The notes under the pieces are model-generated. The model was given only the letters and a program-made list of their open reading frames with translations. It searched no databases and was not told the DNA's origin. DNA of 64,000 bases from Planctomycetota bacterium (GTDB lineage: Bacteria > Planctomycetota > GCA-002687715 > DRQF01). A program made the position numbers and the translations under genes. The stretch covers positions 20,010 to 84,009 of the forward strand of contig JBLINQ010000001.1 of NCBI GenBank assembly GCA_047639315.1, written 5' to 3'. Below, in pieces: positions 57,799 through 64,000 of this stretch (positions within the stretch are counted from its first letter, which is position 1; every line of letters starts with the position of its first letter).

Positions 57799-58321
57799 GA
57801 CTCAGTTTCCTGTTAATGCAAGAGCGCAGGCGCTCGCGAGCTCGATGGAGGGTGGACCAGACATCAGACTCGCTGAGCCCTCGGGCTTTTGCGACTTCGG
57901 GACCTGACATGCCACGTCGATAGAAGAGATCGACAGTTTTCTGCATTCGATCGGTGAGATGGGCCTCACATTCAGTGAGTGCTTCGCGGTAGACGTCCGG
58001 CTTCTCGTCCAAGCGGTACTTTTTCCAGATGACCTCAGCAGCTTCTTCTCTCAAGATTCCCAGGCGTTTGGCCTCGTTGCGTCTCGAGTCTCGCAACAAA
58101 TTGAACGCTGATCGCCTCAAGAAAGCGGCCGCACTGGCTTCATCGGTGAGCTCAGACCCTCGCCGCAGAAAGACCAAGAAGGCCTCCTGGGCTAAGTCGT
58201 CTGCGACCTCCATCGTCGCCCCAAGAAGCATCAGGTATCTCCTGAGGCCGTCTTGGTGGGTACGAACGAAGTCGTCGATGTTCAATTTCAATGCGTTAGT
58301 CATGTCGCTATTGAATGGCAT
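57788..58321 (-). CDS. ECF-family RNA polymerase sigma factor.
   Basis: Region 2 reads DDLAQEAFLVFLRR. Region 4 reads ESDVWSTLHRARERLRSCI. It is 177 aa. Confidence 0.8.
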   Translation of the reverse strand: MPFNSDMTNALKLNIDDFVRTHQDGLRRYLMLLGATMEVADDLAQEAFLVFLRRGSELTDEASAAAFLRRSAFNLLRDSRRNEAKRLGILREEAAEVIWKKYRLDEKPDVYREALTECEAHLTDRMQKTVDLFYRRGMSGPEVAKARGLSESDVWSTLHRARERLRSCINRKLSHEA

Positions 58322-58457
58322 GGCGACCCAGATTTCTTACATCTTTCTCGAGAAATTGCAGAAAAAGCCGCCAACCACTGAAAAGTGCACCACTTCGTCA
58401 ACGGGTCGAAGGAAATCCTATCGTGTCCAGAACTCAAAGAAACGCTACTATCGCCTT

Positions 58458-59501
58458 ATGGGAACGCCGTCAGCTGAAACATTTGAATTCACCTCTGTCA
58501 TCATGGCGATTCGCAATGAAGAGGAGAACATCACCGCGACACTCGACGCGTTGGCAGCTCAAACTTGCGCCCTAGGATCGTATGAGCTCGTGATTGCTGA
58601 TGGCTGCTCGACAGACCGGACATTAGAGCTGGTGACGAGTTTCGCAGCGGCTCAAAAGGAAAAGGGGCTGACAGTCACCATCCTCGAGAATTCTGGGCAA
58701 TCCGCAGCAGCGGGGCTTAATCAGGCTTTGCAAAGCGCGAACGGCTCGGTGATCGTGCGCGTCGACGGGCATACGACCGTCGCCACCGATTATCTCGCGA
58801 GCGTGCACGCTGTCATGAAGGCGAGCGGTGCCGACTGCGTCGGTGGCCTCCAAATTCCTCGGAGCTCAGTCTCTTGGGGCAAAGCCTACGGTCATGCGAC
58901 CTCGGGGTATCTTGGCTCAGGCGGCGCCGATTTTCGCTCGAAGGAAACGGCGCGATTCACCGATACGGTTTACTTAGGAGCCTGGCAGCGAGCTACTTTC
59001 CACAAATTCGGTGAGTTCGATGCGTCGCTGGAACGCAACCAAGACGATGAGCACAACATGCGGATCCTCGATGGCGGCGGGCGGGTTTTTCTCGATCCGG
59101 CGATTCGCTCGACCTATCGACCTCGCGAAAGTGCTGCTGCTCTCGCCCGCCAGTACTATTCTTATGGGCTTTGGAAGCCGATAGTTCTGAAGCGGCACCC
59201 CAGGCGAATACGACTCCGCCACCTTTATCCGAGCGCCTTGGTGATGTTGGCATGGGCTGCCGCAGTCTTTCCATCCTCGGCCTTCTTGCTCTTGGCCTAT
59301 GTCCTCATTATAGCGCTCGTCTCAATAACTAAGGCCTGGAACGCGAAAGACCTGGCCCTTGCTTCTTTCATCTTCGCAACCTTCCTCATCATGCATTTTA
59401 CTTACGGATTTGGCTTTCTCTTTGGACTTCCGAGGATTCCTTTGAGCCATTTGGCGGAAACCTCAAGCAATGAGACTCAACCTGGAGTGAGTCGTGACTG
59501 A
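58458..59501 (+). CDS. GT2 glycosyltransferase with two C-terminal TM helices (polyprenyl-phosphate sugar transferase, GtrB/ArnC-like).
   Basis: FTSVIMAIRNEEENI is the GT2 N-terminal motif, and ADGCSTDRT is DXD-like. C-terminal TM helices are present. The ATG at 58458 is preferred because the ORF-table start at 58029 lies inside the sigma factor gene on the opposite strand. Confidence 0.7.
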   Translation: MGTPSAETFEFTSVIMAIRNEEENITATLDALAAQTCALGSYELVIADGCSTDRTLELVTSFAAAQKEKGLTVTILENSGQSAAAGLNQALQSANGSVIVRVDGHTTVATDYLASVHAVMKASGADCVGGLQIPRSSVSWGKAYGHATSGYLGSGGADFRSKETARFTDTVYLGAWQRATFHKFGEFDASLERNQDDEHNMRILDGGGRVFLDPAIRSTYRPRESAAALARQYYSYGLWKPIVLKRHPRRIRLRHLYPSALVMLAWAAAVFPSSAFLLLAYVLIIALVSITKAWNAKDLALASFIFATFLIMHFTYGFGFLFGLPRIPLSHLAETSSNETQPGVSRD

Positions 59502-60186
59502 CGCGCAATCCAAGATGGAGTTAGCACGGATCAAAGAGCAGTTTGATCGAAGAGATCAGGAGGTTGTCGAGCATGAGAAAGTGCAGGCCTACTTTGATGG
59601 TTGTCGCCATCGAGTGCGCCGGCAACTCCTGCACACTTGCCTCAAAGCGGATGCCAAACTTCTGGATGTTGGATGTGGGGCCGGAGATTGGCTCGTAGCG
59701 CTCAAGGATGAAGGAGCGTTGGAGCATAACCTCCATGGGATTGACCAGTCCGAGAGTCGTTGTGAACGGGCACGAGAGCGATTGCCTAAGGCCCAGGTGA
59801 TCACCGGGTCGGCGAGTCAGTTAGATTTTGAATCTGGCGCATTCGACGGCCTCGTTCTTTCACTGGTCTTGTCGTCAATTCATACGAGCGAACTGCGCCA
59901 GGCAGTCATTGATGAGGCTTGGCGCGTGCTGGCCCCAGGGGGTTGGCTCCTCGTTCATGATCTCCATCGGTCGCGGCCCGGCGGTGACGCCCGGGCGACG
60001 CCATTTCGTCAAGTTCGAGCCATGCTCGGTGAGCGATCCGAGGTTAGCGAGCATAAAGAACTCATTTTGCTACCCCCAATAGCTCGGTTCTTTGGACCTA
60101 AAGCCATGGGGGTGGTACAAATTCTTGAGCGCATCCCATTCTTGAGGGGTCACTGGATGGCGCGTTTCGATAAGGAGCTGTCGTGA
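59494..60186 (+). CDS. Class I SAM-dependent methyltransferase.
   Basis: LLDVGCGAGDW is motif I. It overlaps its neighbours by 8 and 4 nt. Confidence 0.7.
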   Translation: MTDAQSKMELARIKEQFDRRDQEVVEHEKVQAYFDGCRHRVRRQLLHTCLKADAKLLDVGCGAGDWLVALKDEGALEHNLHGIDQSESRCERARERLPKAQVITGSASQLDFESGAFDGLVLSLVLSSIHTSELRQAVIDEAWRVLAPGGWLLVHDLHRSRPGGDARATPFRQVRAMLGERSEVSEHKELILLPPIARFFGPKAMGVVQILERIPFLRGHWMARFDKELS

Positions 60187-61328
60187 CTTCAATATCAGTC
60201 CCATTTCATCGCCCTTGGCTCGGGCAAGAAGAGTCGGATGCCGTAGCAGCTGTTCTGCATTCTGGCTGGGTAACCGCTGGCCCGAAAGTCGATGAATTCG
60301 AGGCTCTGTGCGCCGAGAAACTGGGCTGCGCTCACGTTCTGGCGGTATCCTCTTGCACGGCTGGTCTTGAGCTTGCTTTGTTGACCGAGGGAATCGGTGC
60401 TGGTGATGAAGTCATCACGACACCCCTGACCTTTGTAGCTACCGCGGCGTCGGTGTGGCGGGTTGGCGCAAAAGCCATTCTCGTCGATATCGATCCAAAT
60501 ACCGGCATCATCGATATCCTGGAAGTCGCCAAGGCGATCACTCCCAACACAAAAGCGATCATGCCGGTGCACCTCAACGGTTATCCAGCGCCGATGGAAA
60601 AACTCAAGGCCCTTGCCGAACAGCACAACCTCGTCATCATTGATGACGCCGCCCATGCCTTTGGCAGCGCTACGGGGAACGGGAACATCGGCGCTTTGGG
60701 CACCTACTCGGCATTCAGTTTCTACGCCAACAAGAACTTCACGACGGGCGAGGGCGGCCTCCTCACGCTGCCGACAGAAGCGGCAAAAAAGCGCGCCAAA
60801 ATGTTAAGGCTTCACGGTATCGACAAGGATGCCTGGAAACGCGAGGGTGGCGAAGGCTTCCGTTTCTATGACGTTGTCGAAGTTGGCCTCAAAGCCAACA
60901 TGTCAGATATGGCCGCGGCCGTTGGTGTCGTTCAATTGTCCAAGTGGCCCGAGATGGTCAGCCGAAGAGAGCATATCCGCGAGCGCTACGACGAGGCCTT
61001 CTCAGCTCTTACTGCTTTGAAGTTACCCCCTCGACCAAGAGAAGGGGTTCACGCTTGGCATGTCTATGCCCCTCAATTCACCCAATGCACCGACCAGACA
61101 CGGGATGAGTTCATCGATGTGCTTCATGCCCAAGGAGTCGGGACGAGCGTTCACTTTAAACCTCTCCATCTCCTATCAGGGCCGAGCCAGAAGCTCGGTT
61201 CAAATCTCGGTGATTTTCCTCACGCTGAGGCCTACTACAATTCTCATGTGTCGCTCCCGATCTTCCCCACAATGACCGAGGAAGAGATTGATCACGTTAT
61301 TGGCACCGTTCAAGGTTGGTGTTCATGA
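60183..61328 (+). CDS. DegT/DnrJ/EryC1/StrS-family PLP-dependent sugar aminotransferase (PglE/ArnB-like).
   Basis: LHSGWVTAGPKVDEFE and FSFYANKNFTTGEGG (Schiff-base Lys region) are present. It is 381 aa. Confidence 0.85.
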   Translation: MTSISVPFHRPWLGQEESDAVAAVLHSGWVTAGPKVDEFEALCAEKLGCAHVLAVSSCTAGLELALLTEGIGAGDEVITTPLTFVATAASVWRVGAKAILVDIDPNTGIIDILEVAKAITPNTKAIMPVHLNGYPAPMEKLKALAEQHNLVIIDDAAHAFGSATGNGNIGALGTYSAFSFYANKNFTTGEGGLLTLPTEAAKKRAKMLRLHGIDKDAWKREGGEGFRFYDVVEVGLKANMSDMAAAVGVVQLSKWPEMVSRREHIRERYDEAFSALTALKLPPRPREGVHAWHVYAPQFTQCTDQTRDEFIDVLHAQGVGTSVHFKPLHLLSGPSQKLGSNLGDFPHAEAYYNSHVSLPIFPTMTEEEIDHVIGTVQGWCS

Positions 61329-61930
61329 GCGCATTGGTCAAACGATCATTCGATGTGCTTGTCGCACTCACGGCCTTGGTTTTCTTGATGCCGGTGATGG
61401 CTCTTGTCACGCTCTTCGTTCTCATCTTCGATCACCCTCCGGTCTTTTTTCTCCAGGAGCGCATCTGCCGGGCGGGAAAACCGTTTGTTCTGGTGAAATT
61501 CAGAACCATGCGCGCAGAAGATGGCCCTGAAATTACCAGCCAAGACGATAAGAGGAAAACACCCTTGGGTTCTTTTCTCAGGCGCTATCGCTTGGATGAA
61601 CTGCCCCAGCTCGTCCATGTTCTAAGAGGCGAGATGAGTTTGGTCGGCCCACGCCCGGAGGTGCCAAAGTTCATTGATCACACCAATCCAGATCAAGCGG
61701 TTGTCTTGTCTGTCCGACCGGGTTTAGTGGACCCCGCCGTCTTGGCCTATTTCAACGAAGAAGAAAAACTGCGTGGTGTTGATGATCCCGAACAATATTA
61801 TTGTGAGAAGCTTCGGCCTCGTAAGCTGGCACTCTCAGCCAGTTATGTCGAGACCGCTGGCTTCTGGAGCGATCTCCGTCTTCTTTTTGCAGCCACTTGG
61901 CGCATCTTTGGTTTAGGAAATCAATCATGA
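61316..61930 (+). CDS. Small monotopic phosphoglycosyltransferase (PglC/WbaP C-terminal type) that initiates synthesis on undecaprenyl phosphate.
   Basis: KRSFDVLVALTALVFLMPVMALV is a re-entrant helix. PVFFLQERICRAGKPFVLVKFRTM and DELPQLVHVLRGEMSLVGPRPE are sugar-transferase signatures. Confidence 0.85.
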   Translation: MVFMSALVKRSFDVLVALTALVFLMPVMALVTLFVLIFDHPPVFFLQERICRAGKPFVLVKFRTMRAEDGPEITSQDDKRKTPLGSFLRRYRLDELPQLVHVLRGEMSLVGPRPEVPKFIDHTNPDQAVVLSVRPGLVDPAVLAYFNEEEKLRGVDDPEQYYCEKLRPRKLALSASYVETAGFWSDLRLLFAATWRIFGLGNQS

Positions 61931-62886
61931 CGAATGATCCGGGCTTTGATGTGCCCTTGACCCCAAACGAGATTGAGGTGTTCCTTGGCCGACCGGAGAC
62001 AGATATCCCGTTGTCTGATCTGCCGCCCCAAAAAATCTTGGTGACTGGCGCCGGCGGTAGCATCGGCCGAGCTTTGACCATCTCACTTCTCGAGAACGGG
62101 CACACGGTTACCGCCCTTGATAAGAATGAGAATGGCCTCTTTCTTCTTCATCAGCTCTGTGTTGAGAATAAAAAAGAGATCCTTCCCGAGTTTCTCGTTT
62201 TGAATCTGGGGGCTTACATCTATATCACTGAGCACCTCAGGGCGAACGCATATGATGTTGTCATCCATGCCGCGGCCCACAAGCACGTGGGCATGATGGA
62301 GCTCAACGCTGTCGAATGCCGACGGAACAACCTGGAGCACAGCCTTAATCTATTCCAGCAGGCCGGTAAGGCTGATGTCAAGCGCTTCGTTTTCCTATCC
62401 ACAGACAAGGCGGTTGACCCCATCGGTGTGATGGGGAAATCAAAGCACGAAGCGGAACGGCACCTGGCTCATTTCGCAGCGTCATCTACCATGACCCTCA
62501 CAACCATGCGCCTGCCAAATGTTCTTGGCTCTGATGGCAGTGTGACACAGATTTTTCGCAGGCAACTGGGCCTCGGACGACCTCTTTCGATTACCAACCC
62601 GGAGGCGGCTCGTCTTTTCATCTCTCCGCATCAGGCAACTCAACTCATCATGACGGCCTTGCACGAGAATCATGTTGGCACACGTGTGCCAGCTCACGTG
62701 GAGCGACTCACGGTTCTCGATCTTGCCAAACGTGCGCATTCACTTTGGGGCCTTGGCGCCGAAGTAGAAATGGTCGCCACTGGTTTAGGTGCCGGAGAAA
62801 GATTGGAAGAGAAACTCGTTGCCCCTGATGAAGTCGAATCGCCGAGCCAAAACCCTTCGCTTACCGCAGTCACCAAAGCCGGATGA
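61897..62886 (+). CDS. Short-chain dehydrogenase-type UDP-GlcNAc 4,6-dehydratase-like (PglF/CapD catalytic domain).
   Basis: ILVTGAGGSIGRAL is a Rossmann motif, and IHAAAHKHV and FLSTDKAVDPIGVMGKSKHEAE are present. The last is the CapD/PglF STDKAV.P.NVMGA.K signature, with Met replacing the usual Tyr as in PglF-type enzymes. Confidence 0.75.
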   Translation: MAHLWFRKSIMTNDPGFDVPLTPNEIEVFLGRPETDIPLSDLPPQKILVTGAGGSIGRALTISLLENGHTVTALDKNENGLFLLHQLCVENKKEILPEFLVLNLGAYIYITEHLRANAYDVVIHAAAHKHVGMMELNAVECRRNNLEHSLNLFQQAGKADVKRFVFLSTDKAVDPIGVMGKSKHEAERHLAHFAASSTMTLTTMRLPNVLGSDGSVTQIFRRQLGLGRPLSITNPEAARLFISPHQATQLIMTALHENHVGTRVPAHVERLTVLDLAKRAHSLWGLGAEVEMVATGLGAGERLEEKLVAPDEVESPSQNPSLTAVTKAG

Positions 62887-64000
62887 CAAACATGGAGATC
62901 GAAAAAGTCGAGACCGAAGGTGATGTGACGATCGTCACATTGACAGGTTCGATTTTTCGATTTACGCCTACAGAAATCTGCGTCACCACCAGGATCCCAG
63001 CGGAATTCTCTGTCGGTGTCATCAGGCTTGAGCCTCATGCTCGATGGCACGTCCAAGGTTGGACTCGTGACGAACTCACCGCACAACGTGATAAACAGCA
63101 ACTGTCCTTGGGTTCTGATGGCTTCTTGCGCATCGATAGCACCGGGTCGATGCCGGTCGAATTTAGGCCGTCGTTCTCCATCACCGATACAAGCGAAAAC
63201 ACGTTAGCAACTGATCTTCGAGGCAAGGGTTTTGGCTGTGGACTCTATCGCTTACCGGGAACGTCATTTGAAAAAAATCGAATCAGGCAGACGATGGATG
63301 AGACCCATCCCTTTTTCTTCCACGTCTTTCCACCACGCCATCCAGACAAGACAGCATTCACCAAGCGTATTGCCCATGAAGGCCGTCCTCAAAAGGGCCG
63401 CGCTTATCCCAATGACGAGCTGATTCGAAAAGTCGCTAAGCACGCCAAGATTCTTGCTCTGCACGCCTATTTTTGGGCCGAAGAAAACCCCAAGCTTCGG
63501 CCCAAGTTAAGTCGCTATCGTTTCCGTAAATGCCCTTGGCTCTCGGCAATACATCGACCAGAAGATGAAGCTGAATTGGAACGGGTGATGGCGACGGCGC
63601 GAGTCGAAGGCATGAAGTTCGTGCCTTATGTGTCGCCGCGCTATTCGACCGCTCCTGACATTCACGCCGAACTGAGCCGTCTCATGTCTCTTTATAACTT
63701 TGACGGGTTTTACCTGGACGGCTTAAGAGGCAACTTCGTCGATCAACGCAATTTCATCAGAGCCCTCAGGCAAGATCTGGGCCAAGATTCCATTATCTAT
63801 CTCAATGGCACCACCCAGCCTTTCGACACCGCCAGGATCACCGCGCCATTCATTGACGCTCACTGCGACTATGTCCTCAGAGGCGACTCTGGTCGTGCCG
63901 GCTTGGGGCGTGACGACTTTCTTCGCCTTTGTGTTTCTGGTCAAGGTGCCGGCAACCAGGTCGGTGTGTGGTGTCACTACGGCTCCTCTGGTTTCCCTTT
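62883..64000 (+). CDS. Hypothetical protein, 5' part only. The ORF runs off the window end and is not in the ORF table.
   Basis: I translated from the ATG at 62883, which overlaps the upstream stop as ATGA. The frame is open for at least 372 codons to the window end (MTNMEIEKVETEGDVTIVTLTG...FVPYVSPRYSTAPDIHAELSRLMSLYNFDGFYLDGL...). It may be a TIM-barrel or glycoside-hydrolase-like fold, with no firm motif. Confidence 0.5.
   Translation, partial: MTNMEIEKVETEGDVTIVTLTGSIFRFTPTEICVTTRIPAEFSVGVIRLEPHARWHVQGWTRDELTAQRDKQQLSLGSDGFLRIDSTGSMPVEFRPSFSITDTSENTLATDLRGKGFGCGLYRLPGTSFEKNRIRQTMDETHPFFFHVFPPRHPDKTAFTKRIAHEGRPQKGRAYPNDELIRKVAKHAKILALHAYFWAEENPKLRPKLSRYRFRKCPWLSAIHRPEDEAELERVMATARVEGMKFVPYVSPRYSTAPDIHAELSRLMSLYNFDGFYLDGLRGNFVDQRNFIRALRQDLGQDSIIYLNGTTQPFDTARITAPFIDAHCDYVLRGDSGRAGLGRDDFLRLCVSGQGAGNQVGVWCHYGSSGFP

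Noticed and set aside
58029-58457. Upstream extension of the GT2 ORF running antisense through the ECF sigma factor gene.
   Set aside because: It overlaps a well-supported sigma-70 region 2/4 gene on the other strand. The GT2 N-terminal motif (VIMAIRNEEE) begins just after the ATG at 58458.

Overview
The 64 kb window looks like ordinary chromosomal DNA at roughly 55% GC. It contains no rRNA, CRISPR array, transposase, integrase or prophage signature. There is a single tRNA, tRNA-Leu(GAG). Genes are densely packed, often overlapping by 4 to 16 nt, and many encode secreted or membrane proteins. The gene content (FG-GAP beta-propeller paralogs, Pmp-type beta-helix protein, Ser/Thr kinase fused to an FGE domain, HEXXH/DUF1570-like proteins, LRR anti-sigma factor, scattered flagellar genes) suggests a Planctomycetota-like genome; this is inference only. 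Contents in order: (1) A truncated mraY lies at the window edge. Immediately upstream on the minus strand is a 1299-aa single ORF fusing MurG, an FHA-like domain, MurJ (lipid II flippase) and a HEAT-repeat tail. (2) Three tandem secreted FG-GAP/VCBS beta-propeller paralogs. (3) A membrane-anchored HEXXH gluzincin-like protein, RNase HIII, and an M48-like membrane metalloprotease. (4) An orphan gyrA with a structured leader. (5) A TPR protein, plsC-like acyltransferase, aspartate aminotransferase, a 667-aa orphan membrane protein, and tRNA-Leu. (6) A flagellar type III export block on the minus strand (fliO-fliP-fliQ-fliR-flhB-flhA, a small membrane ORF, fliA, a small ORF, two lipoproteins), with flgM and a QxxRW GT2 synthase nearby. 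(7) An inositol monophosphatase, a Pmp-like beta-helix protein, a Ser/Thr kinase fused to an FGE domain, a HAD hydrolase, and fliM-fliN. (8) A methyltransferase, a second HEXXH/TPR secreted protein, and an EF-hand/ClpP-like/RTX secreted protein. (9) A 2H phosphoesterase, a HEAT-VWA protein, a lipoprotein, an ECF sigma factor with its LRR anti-sigma factor, and a translationally coupled amino-sugar glycan operon (GtrB/ArnC-like GT2, methyltransferase, DegT aminotransferase, PglC-like phosphoglycosyltransferase, PglF-like dehydratase) running off the window end. The most unusual element is the MurG-FHA-MurJ-HEAT mega-fusion that is translationally coupled to mraY.
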